Assembly (NCBI GenBank): GCA_051362555.1
Contig: CM120649.1
Coordinates: 9,300,001-9,364,000 of the forward strand
Source of the DNA: Lingula anatina
Taxonomy: Eukaryota > Animalia > Brachiopoda
DNA length: 64,000 nt
Direction of reading: 5' to 3'
Position 1 is the stretch's first letter. Each line of letters starts with the position of its first letter. Below are positions 20,979 to 34,800 of this stretch, piece by piece. The translations under genes were made by a program, and so were the position numbers. The notes beneath the pieces are model-generated. The model had not been told where the DNA came from. It did no database searches and saw only the letters and a list, made by a program, of their open reading frames with translations.

Positions 20979-21277
20979 ACTCTGTCACACTAACTGAAAT
21001 ACACTGGCAGCCTAGAGTATGAACCTTAATATTACAGAGCATACTCTGTCACTCTGATAGAATACACTGGCAGCCTAGAGCATGAACATCAACATTACAG
21101 AGCATACTCTGTCACTCTGATAGAATACACTGGCAGCCTAGAGTATGAACATCAACATTACAGAGCATACTCTGTCACTCTGATAGAATACACTGGCAGC
21201 CTAGAGCATGAACATCAACATTACAGAGCATAATCTGTCACTCTGATAGAATACACTGGCAGCCTAGAGCATGAACA
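20979..21277. repeat. 63-bp tandem repeat, ~4.7 copies
   Basis: acactggcag at 21001, 21064, 21127, 21190 and 21253. Confidence 0.95.
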
Positions 21278-21395
21278 AAGAGCAGGCAGCTAAGCCATAA
21301 TAAGCAGTACTGAACTGAACTTCACCAAACTCCTATTGAAATTTAAACATCCTTCATTAGATTTTAAAACCAGTTTAAAACCAAGTTAAAACTAA

Positions 21396-21609
21396 GACTG
21401 CATTCCCACAGATTTTAGATCGATCTATCCCTGTGGGGAGTCTCACTAGCTGCTGTCAACTTAGCCTGCTTAAAAGTCTGGCCCGCCTACTAAAAGCTGT
21501 AAGGGGGGAATTAACTTCCCTGCGTGATGGGCTGACAGCAATTTAGCATGAACCCCCAGGAAGTTAGGTCGATCCAAATGGATCGATCTAAATCTGTGGG
21601 AATTCAGTC
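21396..21609. mobile_element. Harbinger/Tourist-like MITE family H1
   Basis: TIR gactgcattcccacagatttt / aaatctgtgggaattcagtc; TAA TSD. Confidence 0.85.
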
Positions 21610-21983
21610 TAACAGTTTATCAAAAGTTCAATTTCAATTGTACCATTGTTTATATTTCTAGTTATGTATACAACAATATTGTACCATCTGACCAGCTTCA
21701 TATCATCACAGAACTGGTGAAGTATATTTAAAGATAAGTTAAACTAGAGTACCTGCTCAGATCTGTAGAATTAAATGGTCAGCTGTCACCTGCTGACCAA
21801 AGATGTTATTTCTTTGCTACACATGTAGAGATAATATGTGTACAATCTTAACCAATAAGTTTTATGGTTATATAATTTCAATATATCCCTGCTCTCCTAC
21901 ATTTTTTGGTTAGTGCCTTGATTGTAGAAACTGACATTACATAATGGGACATTTATACTCTTAAAGCTACCAATTGCTGAGAT

Positions 21984-22121
21984 TTAATGTTCAATCAAGT
22001 ATCTGACTGCCTCTGGTGGTGTCCCGTCAGGCAGGGGGAGGTGACGCCCTTGGTGACTTGATCTCTCCAGTTCCTCACGGAAATATTCTACTGTCTTGTT
22101 GATACCATCCATCATGTTCAC
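21984..22121 (-). CDS. UXS1: UXS1 last coding exon ([18 protein letters not shown]...LIEH*)
   Basis: Conserved G..KT..YFR.EL; ttcccag acceptor; TAA at 21986-21984. Confidence 0.93.
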   Translation of the reverse strand: MNMMDGINKTVEYFREELERSSHQGRHLPLPDGTPPEAVRYLIEH

Positions 22122-25100
22122 CTGGGAAGAGAAAATTACATCAACAGGACATATACTACCTTTATTACTTTTTAAAATTATGATTTTAATATTATCTATA
22201 CAATGTAATATACATATATTAGCAATTCACCAGTCTAAATTTTATCCTGTAACTTATAATAACACTTATTTTAATTAAAGCTATAAATCAGTTTGTAGAG
22301 TTCACATTTTACAACATTTCTTCTTTTTCACTTCCAAAATACTGGTCCTAATTTCATGATTGCTAAGAAATTAGTTAAGGTTTGTTGCATTGTTCAGTGC
22401 CACTTTTAGTACTCTTAACTTTTACACCATCCTATTACATGTTGAACTTTGATGCCATCCTATTAATTTGGTTTCAGCTTCAGGTGGGCTATCTCCCCCA
22501 ACTTTGGGCTGCCAGTTTAGGCATATAGCTTTGACACCATCACATTTTATTAGCTTAAACTTTGACACAATCCCTTTATATTTTGTTTGAATTCCAGTGT
22601 GCTATCCACACTGACCTTGGGCTGCCAGTTCAGGTATTTCTTGGCTCTGGATATATCTGGTTTCCTCTTCTGAGGATCGTCTTGCATAGCTGGCTTGTGG
22701 ACTATCTCACTCTGGCTCTCTAGAATAGGTTTATTGAATCAAATATGTCAGAGTTTATGAAACACAAAAAGTAATATCTCCTTATATACTAAGACAATGA
22801 GCTGATAAAAAATTTGAAATGTCTTGAATATATATATATTTTGTTTTGGTTGTGCCCCTGACGAGGCCTCAGGGCCGAAACAGCTGTAGGGCATTTTTTA
22901 ATAAAATGGAGAGAAAGGACTAATTTATTCGTATCCTTGATTTTATATATATATATATATCATGGAGTATATGATTGATTCACTTTAGAAGAGTGCTCTA
23001 CCCATGATGACTGACCATAGGGAGCTGATATAGAAAGAAAAGAAAATGAACAAAGTTGATCTGTTTTCTCCATGTTTAATATAGCCCTACGCCCGTTTTG
23101 GCCCAGAGGCCTCATCAGGGGCTGGACGCAAAGAGGTCAAATACAAAATACATAAGTAGACTCTGATTACCAATGAACAATGTGATTAGTTGTATAAATT
23201 CACATGTGACCTTATTGCCACAATGTGCACGCTCGGCTGTCACCTCTAACCTCCCATTACACCGGGCTTATGAAAAGAAGCCATGCCATTGGACAGGTAT
23301 TTGTAATGCTACCTGCGGTTAGTGGAGAGGACTGACTCAAGCGTCAAAGCGGGAATTTTGATTTACGGTTTGATTGTGCGTATGCCATGCACGGAATTAA
23401 CAAACAAGCGACGGGATGATGTAGCATGCGGCATTTGCGGTAAGCGTGCCAAGTTTTAGGCCGCTACGATGCCCGGCAGTATTTTATTTCGATTATTACA
23501 GGGTATGAAATTTGTATAAATTTGAAACCGGACAGCAGGGCTGGCAAATTGAAAAGTAGCCAGCCCTGACCAAAAGTAGCCAGTCCTGAATTTTTTGAAA
23601 ATTACCAGATTAAACCAATTGCAGGCAAGAACAATATTGAAACAGGGACTCTTAGTCTCAAAGTGAATTTATTCAAGTAGATTCTTCACTGACAGCATCT
23701 TAAACGTTATGCTCTGAACCCAAATCAGAAAAGTCTGATTCACTGTGACTGTCATAATCAGAGTCTAGTTGCACAACCCGCTTGTTACAAATGCTCCGTG
23801 GGCATACTTATGAAATCTTTCCGGTTGTTGCCTAGAAACCAATGGTGCAAATACACTTCGATAGGTCTTGCAAAAAAAGTTTGACCTTTTTACTATCAGT
23901 CTCATCACAAATTAACCAAGAAAATTCAGTTTTCCATGATGGCACAACTGACATTTTCCTTTTGCAGGGCTGGGGGGGGGGGGGGGGGAGTGTTATATTA
24001 TTTTATTAAAATATTCAAAATTTATAATATTTGAATAAATTTCATCAAAAACTGAAGAATATTCATTGTATAATAGTTAATTTATATAAATATCACTAAT
24101 TTTAAAGTTTTTAAATTGATATTTATATCAACAATTTGATTTCTTTAGGGGTAAAATGTGTTTGATTTTTTAAATATACAGTATGAATTAAATAAAATCA
24201 GTCATTTAAAAATTCCCCCCTTCTTTTTATTTAAATTCTCATTTGTTATTACTAATTTTCTTCCTTATATCAATACCACACTGGTATATGATAGCATTGC
24301 TAGTTTATCAAATTCCAGCACTAAATTTTGAACTGTAAATAACACAGGTGGTGCTAGAGTCATTAAATAAAACATCTTACAAAATTTCAGGTTATGCAAA
24401 TAAACAACATTTCAACAAGATCTTCATCCCAAAGTTTGACTTTCCAACTTCAAATGGTTGTGAGGAGGTAGCGTGCAACACATTTGATTGACAGGCAGTA
24501 TGTTGCCTTGACAACAAACTAGATACATCCAGTCCAATCTGGCTGTTGTACCGTTTCTATTTAAGGAATGGTCTTTGTTACTAGATTTTTAAACAAATAA
24601 ATATTCAGTAGTCAGCCTGTTATGTGAATAAATTTTGTCTTGTGAAGTCCTGGAAGGTGTTCACTTTCATAATTTGGCGGTAAGTTTGCTTAGACTTCGT
24701 TTTGGGACCACGTGTTTTGTACCAAATGTAGGTCACTCTTTTCCATGCAATCAGGAAGAGACGAGAAGACGTTTGTATTCAACAAAAATTTCTTTTTCAA
24801 GATTTTTGTTCTTAAGTTATAATAAAACATAATCTGTCCGTTGGACAGCCTACGTACCCTGCAAATTCACTTATCCAAACTGAATTTTTACCTGTGGAGC
24901 CCTGCTTTGGTATTATGGTGCACTTTATTTTACTGTCTGATACCTTCCTGTGTTCTTTTCTTACATGCTGGGGCATCACATTCATTATTAGCACCAAAAT
25001 ACTTACAGAGGGTAGACTGCGACAGGGGTAATCCTGACTGCGACTTAGGCGCAATCTTGTATAATCCATGTGCATCATGACGTCATTCAATTAAATTTTT

Positions 25101-26124
25101 TTTATGAGAAAGATAACGTACAATTGTAATTACAGATTATAGAAGAAGCAACACTTAAATTGTGTAATTAGACGAGATTGTGTGAACTTGAATGACCACA
25201 CATCGTTCGTCACTTGTCTCGTAAACAAGCATTTAAATGCCGCGATATGATACTTTGTATCAGACGTTTCATAAAACGATGAAGGGTCTTTGCGCTAGGC
25301 ATGCCGGGAAAACAGTGAATAAGCATGTACTTTCGTTTTTCGTTCATTGTTGATAGTGTTGATTTCCTGAAAGGTTAGCCTCATTGTTTCGGTTTTATTT
25401 CAACCAAATCTGCTTCATATGAACGTGCATATTGATATACAATTATTTTAGAGGCCAGAAAATGACCAGACCGACGGACTGGCAACTTTTGAAAAGAGAC
25501 CGCCCGGGTGATAATTGAGCCGTCCCAGGCTGCCGGTCGATCCTTATTTCGTACCCGGATTATTATGTTTAAATTTGTGGAATCTTGTTTCACAAGCTTA
25601 CTCTATTTTATTGTCTCTATGGAGGTATATGGGGACTTTACGACATTCGGCTTGAAGGCTTTAACCACTTGTTATAGTTTATTTTTGTATTGCTTTGGAT
25701 TAATGTGGCAGTCTAAGGTTGTTCTAGGTGGTTTTCAAGTTTATGCACCCGTTTTTGAAATCATTTCGTGATATTATGACAATCGTTTACTATCCAATCA
25801 AGGTGACAGCCGAGCGTGACAACGTGCATACAGGTAACGAAGGAATGCGATCACATTATATAATATATGGCTGTGAATATAATACAAATATATAAATAAC
25901 TCTGGAAAATCAGCACATATAATCAACATTTTAAGCAGGTATTTTCTGGAATGTACAAAATTAACTAGAGGATCAGAGAGGCAATACCGCCTCCGGATAT
26001 TGTACCACCTGCTGGAGTAAGCGCATTCGTATGGACCCCCCCCCCCCAATAAAAAGGGACACCACCACCAGTTTTGTGCTTAACAAGCTCTATAAAATAC
26101 AATCAACAAGAGTTCTCAAAATAT

Positions 26125-26157
<33 letters not shown>

Positions 26158-28469
26158 TACAATCAAGCAGATTTTCGAATTGACTTGCATTTTCCTACAA
26201 TTGATCACTCCTGCGATTCTCTAGACAAAAGGCCTATTGGTTTTCCTTGAAATGTGTTGTCAGTGGTGCATATATGCTGACAAAAGAGAAAACCTAGGGG
26301 CAACAACAGACACATCTCTGCTAGTTTTGAAGATATGAGGGGCAAGAAAATATGCAAAGCTCAGTTCATGGTGAAAAAGTAGGTCAAAGGTCAATTTCAA
26401 TATCATAGTATATGAATTTCTATTCAAGTTCAATAGTAACCATGGGCATTTCTTTGCCAATTTTGCAGATTTAAAGGCAAGAAAACAAGCAAAAAGCAGT
26501 TCATCATAAAAAAGTAGGTCAAAGATGAATTTCAAGGTCACAGATTGCCAGTGTATTACTTCCTATTCAAGTTCAATAGTAACTATGGACCTATCTCTGC
26601 CAGTTTTGGAGATAAAAGGGAAAGAAATTAGCAAAGTTCAGTTCATAGTGAAAAGTTGGTCAAAGGTCAATTTTGAGGTCACAGTAAATTGCCTGTAATG
26701 ACTTTCTATTCAAATTCAATAGTAACTGTGGACTTATCTTTGCCAGTTTTGGAGATAAAAGGGAACAAAAATTTGCAAAGTTCAGTTCATGATGAAAAGT
26801 AGGTCAAGGTCAATTTTGAGGTCACAGTAAATTGCCTGTAATGACTTTCTATTCAAATTCAAGAGTAACTGTGGGCTTATCTTTGCCAGTTTTGGAGATA
26901 AAAGGGAATAAAAATTTGCGAAGTTCAGTTCATGGTAAAAAGTAGGCCAAAGGTCAATTTTAAGGTAATAGTAAATTGCCAGTATATGAATTCCTATTCA
27001 AGTTCAATAGTAACTATGGACCTATCTCTGCCAGTTTTGGAGATAAAGGGGAACAAAAATTTGCAAAGTTCAATTCATGATGAAAAGTAGGTCAAAGGTC
27101 AATTTCAAGGTCACACTTAGATTGCCAGTATATGTAATAACTTCCTATTCAAGTTCAATAGTAACTATGGATCTATCTCTGTCAGTTTTGGAGATAAAAG
27201 GGAACAAATATTTGCAAAGTTCAGTTCATGGTGAAAAGTAGGTCAAAGGTCAATTTCAAGGTCACAGTTAAATTGCCAGTATGTGACTTCCTATTCAACT
27301 TTAATAGTAACTATGGACCTTTCTCTGCCAGTTTTGGAGATATAAGGGACTAAATGTTACAATTTTGGAGTTACAATAATGTGCCATAAATTTCCTACAG
27401 AAAAAATTAATTAAAATAAAGAAAAGGTCATTTTGGTTGAAATTCTTGAAATGGGAGGTGCTCAGAAGTTCCAGATGTTCAAATTTCATGAAATAATGTC
27501 ATTTTTGACCAGAAATTGTCTGCCTCGCACAGCCTCATGTTTTATTTTCCTGGGGTTTAAAATTTATTATACATCACCATATTGCACATTTTGCTTTCAC
27601 CACCAAAATGTACTTTTTGATATAGCATAACTCGAAAACCGTATGGAATACAAAAAAACGGAGACCACTGTCAGTGTTGGGGTTTACATGCTCTACAAAA
27701 TGCAAAAAAGAATGGGTCTCTAGCATTAACGGTTCCCGAATAAGAGACAGTTTTCAGTTTCGGTATCTTATGGCCGCTACTCCCGTGAAAATGCACCGAT
27801 TGACCCCAAATTCACGGAGATGAAAGATGACCCGAAGGGTAACACTTTCCAATAATATTATTAGTTAGGTCTGTGTAGTTTCTGAATATCAGTGGGTAAT
27901 AAGATTAGTGCCATGTTGAAATTAAGATGCCCGTGTCCCAATGTTGATACCCAGCATTGTGGATGTGCAAATGCATATATTGTTGTGGCAAACTGCACAC
28001 TTTCTGACTAAAGCCTTGGTTGTTTTGACAAACAGCACAATTACTGACTAGAGCCTTGTTTTTTTGTGGCAATCTGCACACTTACTGACTAAAGCTTTGA
28101 TTGTTGTGGCAAACTCCTCAATATGGTGTTCATCAGGGTTGCCTATGTTGACAGGCAGGGAATAGTTACTGTTCATTAAAGCCACCAGTCCATCCACCAG
28201 ATCTGTAACATACTGGAATGACCGGGTCTGCTTGCCTTCTCCATATATCTACAACACAACACTTTCACAGTGATACATATGGGACAGTAACAGAAATACG
28301 ATAATGGCATTTTCTTCTGGTAACACAAAAAGTATGAAATTATTTTAAGTTAAATACTTTTTTGAAATTAAAAACAAAGAAAAAAGGGGGCAATATAAAC
28401 ATAACAAAAGTCTAAAGATACTTGGTATGTCAGCACTTTGCATATTAAGCATACCACCTGGCAGATTAT

Positions 28470-28565
<96 letters not shown>

Positions 28566-28845
28566 AGGGTTGGAAACTCCTCTTAACATTCAACCAGACA
28601 ACAGGACAGGTTACTCTTGAAAGTTACCCGTCCTACCGCAAACCAGCCTGTCCTCATAAAATCGACAGAACTATGATAATAGAGAGCATGTATGACTAAA
28701 TTTAATAATTCAAGACATTTTTGAATGTTGTTTTCTTTCAAACTTCATAAATAAAAGTCATAATACCAGTGCTGTCTTGATACCAAAGAATCAAATTTAT
28801 TTTTATATTCAGTTATGGTCTGTCCCCCCACCCATACATCATGGA

Positions 28846-28884
<39 letters not shown>

Positions 28885-31800
28885 AAAATATATATATATA
28901 TGCACCTTACCTAATATCTATTAAAACAAAATTATAGCAAAACCGTTTGACAGAAACAAAATGCACAATACCGTAGTCAATACAGTCAGTACTGAAGAAC
29001 AAGTATTTTACTTTAACTGAAGTATCTACACCACTGCAATTTTCATGAAAGGAGCATTAAAATTAAAAACTTAACTATCAAATCATTGGCATGGTGAGCA
29101 AGGAAAATAGCTTGCAAGGAAAATAATATCAGTTTGGTGAATAAAACTGGTGAATGTCAACTGCAAGTCACAGTGCCTGTCCTGGTATATGAAAACTTCA
29201 CTTTACCAAAGATCAAGTCATTCTGTTTGAATTGTTTTACCTCTTCAAAATATTATTTGAAAACTCTGCATTTACTCATGAGAGATGATCATGAGAGATC
29301 ATGAGAGATGTTCATCATAGATGATGCTTTCAACTTGTTTCTCCATTGATTGTTGATCATCTTCATCTGGGAAAACCCACATTCACACTCTACTGTACCA
29401 GCAGGCAGTGACAGAACTAAATCAACTAAACCTAATACATTTGAGCACCGCTCTCCATACAGCTCATTGATTTTTGGTCCACGACATGACATGCACCTTG
29501 TATTTCATTTGCAACACAGTTAAAACAACATGAACTCTTACCAGTATTGATCTTAATAATATATAGCTCTGTTAACCTTAAATATGCAACCTACTTTTTA
29601 TACAGTAAATTCTTTAAAACTATCCATTCTGGCTCAATATTTTACCTGACTTAAATGGGTTACAAATGCTTGGTAACATCGGTAATATGATAAAGAAGAC
29701 AATGTGGCGAGCTAATGTAGCGTACATTGTCTTCTATGTCTTTAGAAACACTACGAAAGTTTCTTGACCTTCCTGAAAAAAATCATGAAAAGCGACCAGC
29801 GACGGAGGTCCGTAAAGACTACAACCAAAAAAAGAGGCAGCGGACGATTGTTCCAAGTTGGAAAGCAGAGTTTAGTTGGCTGATATGTAACGAAAACCGT
29901 CAAATGTTATATGAAAACCGTCAAATTTTATATTGCAACACGTGCCGTTCCGTTTACAGACCGCTTTCGTCAAGGAAGAACATTCCGGACAAATTTAACC
30001 GGTATAAAAATGGACCCTTCATTAAAGGATGCCAAAATATAAGGCATCGTGAATGTATGCTACATTAGCTCGCCACATTGTCTTCTTTATCATATTACCG
30101 ATGTTACCTTGCATTTGATTGGCTTAATGCAGCGAATCTTCCCGCAACAAAAGTCGGAAGTTGTCATTTAATGACGTATCAGTGACCTATATTCCCATAT
30201 TTGGAATGTTTTCGTGACTTATTGGTTTATTGCAGTGAAATTTCCCCGCGGTAAAAGTCGAAAGTACTCGATGTAATGACGTATCTCTGACCTATTTTCC
30301 CATATTCGGAATGCTCATGTGATTTATATTGTAAACACTTATATATTGGTAAATGTGTGAAAATCAAAATCAAGAAAGACGCGATGTTTCACTGACGACC
30401 TTAAAGTGCGGCCCGACCACAGGACGGTCTCCAAATTATTTTTACCCGTCCTTCATGAAATTAGACCATCAAGGATGTTGGGACGGGCAGTTATTTCCAA
30501 CTCTGTATATGTAAATGGTGAGCAAACAAAAATAAAATGACAGTAATACATAAATTAACTCTTACAGTTATTGGCTGGTTCTGAAGTGCTTGTAATATAA
30601 AGTTGCTGACGACCCTCCCATCATTCATGTGCATACGTGGACCAAAGGTGTTGAATATCCTGGCAACTCGCACTTCCACTTGCTCCTGTAAAGAAAAAAA
30701 AATAATTAAAAAGCATAACTCAAAACTTGCAGCACAAGTATGATCTGTCATCGTCAGGAAGTGAGTTTCCAAATAATGATCTTGAATAATATCCTTTCCA
30801 AAGAATGTTACAGTATAGAACATGTACCTGCTTCTTGTAGGCAAAACACATGGTTTCTGCTACCCTCTTCCCTTCATCATAGCAGGCTCTGGGTCCTATA
30901 GGGTTGACATGGCCCCAGTAGTCCTCTGTCTGAGGGTGCACCTCTGGGTCTACAACATCACACAACTAGCACATTATTCACCTTTCGTTATTGTTTTAAA
31001 GCTAAAATAAAGTTAAATTAATTATACTGACAGAATTGTTGATCTACATGCTAGCTGACTTAGAATTTTAATCGTGCGGTCCTGTTTTACAACTGATTCA
31101 TGTGTTTTCCATATGTTTATATTCCCATACCTCCATAGACTTCTGATGTGGAAGCCAGCAGCAGGCGGGCACGTACTCTCTTTGCCAAACCTAAATTATG
31201 CAGCAAATTACATAGTTAATAATCAAATATAAGTGCATACTTTCACATAAATGACTGCGTGTTTGTTTGTCTAAATAGGACCTTTTTCTTGACTCTTAGA
31301 CCCCATTTCCATATATTTTAGATCGATCTATCCCTGTGGGGAATCTCACTAGAATACTGTCAGCATAGCTGGCTTAAGCATCTGTCCCGCCTACTGAAAG
31401 CTGTAAGGGGGTAATTAACTATGGTGCGTGCTCGGCTGACTGCAATTTAGTGTGAAACCCCAGGGAGTTAAGTTGATCTAAATCTTAATCTCTGGATTGA
31501 TCTAAATCTCTGGGAATACACCCTTAGAATGCATTTAACTGAGTGCTTTTTTAAAGTTATTGCCTCCAAAACAATCCAAATACCAGCCTAAGGTAATGTG
31601 CCAAACAGTTCGACCAAGATTAATAAATCAATTTCAAAGAAACATCATTTTGGTAGAATATGATTAAAATACAGCAATAAAAACACTTAAAAAAGTCAGA
31701 TTGTTTGGGCCATCTGCTGTATTGTTAATCTTATTGGAAGTATTGCATTTTACCCCAAGCGCCACCCAAGATAAGCCGCAATTTAGGTTTAACATTGTTT

Positions 31801-34800
31801 CAAACACATTTTATCATCTTTTTAAAATCTTATTTTGCTGCATACAATCTTTGCTAACATTACTTCATATTCAAAGAAATGACATGTCATGTCATTTATT
31901 TCCCCTATCTACAATCATTTTAATGACGCTCTTCATGATACATTAAATGAGTGCTAAGGGACAGGTGTTGTAAAAAGTGGCCACTCACATATTTTTAAAA
32001 ACGGTAGCATAAGTGGACTCAAACCAGTTATATGATCATATGATTACTAGTATGCTGAATAACTGGCATAGTGTCTATGTATGCCCTATTTGAATTTGAA
32101 TATGTCAACTGAAATCAACTGATTTTAGATATTTTTTAGCAGTCTAGGATCAGAAAAGTTTTTAAGTCACAGGACCTGCTCAGTGTAGACGTATTTTCGA
32201 GGAAAATTCATCCCCCAATATCAAAGAATACCAACTGGTACTCAAACTGAATTCAGTGTCACCTTAAATTACTTAAATTATGCCATTTTAAAAATATTGA
32301 TAAAAAGCAATCTACAGAGCCTTCCTCCCAACTAAGAGGGCATTCCCGGAGATTTAGATCAATCTTACTAGAAGTACGGAAGTTAATTACCCCCTTTCAG
32401 CTTGTAGGACATTTAAGCTGGATTATCTGACAGTAATCTAGTGAGACTCCCCATGGGGATACATCGATCTAAAATCTATGGGAATGCCCCCTAAGGCAAA
32501 CGAATCAGTCAATTGAGGCAAGTCTACTAAATTAGCACAAACTGTATGTATAATGAACAAAAAAATATAAACGCATGAATGAATATGTCGATTTATTTTC
32601 ATGTATCGTACTAGAGTATATAGCCAACAATAAACAGCATATTTTCCTCAACAAACAGACATCACTTTGAGAGCATTACGGGCAGTTTAAATGCATAGGC
32701 CAAGAGTTAGGGCGTCAACTACACCATGGGGGTCAACATCCTGAATTCACAGACACTAATTGCGAATATGGCCACCATTAGCTTTGGGCATAACAGTACA
32801 CCAGTGGCACATGGTTATCACTAAGTTGTCAATACTGGCCTGAGGGATATTATCCCATTCCTCCTGGAGTGCTACTCGCAGCTGGCTAAAATTCTAGGGA
32901 GCAGAAACATGATGGTGTACACGCTGATCCAGAACATCCCACAGGTGTTCGATGGGCGACATATCAGGCAAATACGCAGCCAGTTGAGGACACCAATATT
33001 CTCCTCCTCCAGGAAGTCCCTGCATATTCTTGCAATGTGTGGGCATTATCATGCTGAAAGGTAACGTAATGGAGCTCCAAAAATGGTGCAACAATAGGTC
33101 GCAATATTTCGTCTTGGTGTCTTTGGCCATTCAGGTTGCCAGCAAGAAAATGCAAACGTGTGCTGTCCATAGCAAATGCCAGCCCATACCATGACACTAG
33201 AGCTGCCATGAGCCACCCATCGAAGGACATTAGCCTCGGCAAAATGCTCACCAACACGGCGCCAAACATGGACTCTGCCATCAGCGTGGTACAGCTGGAA
33301 CCGGGATTCGTCACAGAAGAGCACTGTCCTCCATCGTGAAAGTGTCCAGTGCATATGTTCTCAGACGGCTAACAGTGGAATGATGCACATTCAAGCATGC
33401 TGCAACATGCCGATGGCATGCTCCCCCATGATTTCAGACAACTGTGGCATGTTGACAAGTGACAGAAAATCAAATTTTGGTGTGCCTTTTTAATGCATTA
33501 TTGCCTTGACTGTAGGGAGTGTCTGTGTATTGGTCATGCAGATTGACCACCACTCCTTCATGTTCTTATGGGTGGAAAAATTGAACCTTTGAGTATACTC
33601 AAGGGGAGCTGCCAAGTGAAACCAGACCACTATACTTGATCACAACAAATCCATCAATTCAGAAATAAAGCAACAACCTGAGCATATTTCATGATTATCC
33701 ATTTCAACTCACCATTTTAGTTTCGTGCGTTTATATTTTTGTTCAGTGTATATAAGCATTATTATTCTCATTGGCCTCAAAAGAAATGACAGGAACATCT
33801 TGCTTCCAGAAATGATCTGGGGTTCAATTGTTTCTTCCTCATTGAAAGCACAACAAAGGGCTGAGGCATGTAGCATGTAGCATTTACTGGTTTCAAAATT
33901 AACATAGTCTTGCCTACGATATGGTCAAACAATTGGAACAAGAAAAAATACTGTTGCATGATTTTGACTTTTGTTCTAAATGTTTCAGCCCAGAAAAAAA
34001 ATTAGAAAATAATTTTTCGGGTCAGAATAGATTGCACAGGTTGAACTGTTACAGCAAATAGGATAACAGGAGAAAGTAAGGGGGTTTGGGTAGGTCTACA
34101 GGAGTAAGGGGCTATGGACAGGTCTACAGGGGTAAGCAGGGGGCTGTGAGCAGGTCTACAGGAGTAAGCAACGGGCTGTGAGCAGGTGACAGGAGTAAGC
34201 AGGGGGTATGAGTAGGTCCTCATGGGGTTAGATCTGCTTTGTTTGTAGAGTTCCTTATGCATTGTCTGCTGACATAGCATGTACTTAGTTTAGCTATCAT
34301 ATCCATACAGGATGTAGAAACTGTCTGCTGACCTAGCATGCAACAAAGGACTGGAAATCTGATCTATGTCCACAAATAAAAGTTTACACTTTCTAGACAT
34401 AGATCAAGCCAGTGGACCTTGATAAAACAAATTGAAAAAAGTATTTATTGATGCTACACCAGATTTCTTAGAGCTGTATAAAATAACAGTAGGATGCCCA
34501 ACATGGAGCTCTATGGCAATATCCTAAAAGTCGCCTGTAAAATGAGAGCCCATGGATTGAGGGCTGCAGACCATTTTATTGTCATACAGAAGAAGTATCA
34601 AGTAGATTTCTGCTCTGGGTATCTAAATACATGGCTCATCAGGTACACAAAACAAAAATCATGTCCAACCTCTTCTTGAGGACACGGGTTAAAAGAACAC
34701 AACCAAGCTTGCTTGTCTCATGGATGACAGCAGAGTTGGAAATCTTGTTAAGCTGGTGTTTAATTAATGATGTTGATGGCTGACTGGAGTCAATATGATG

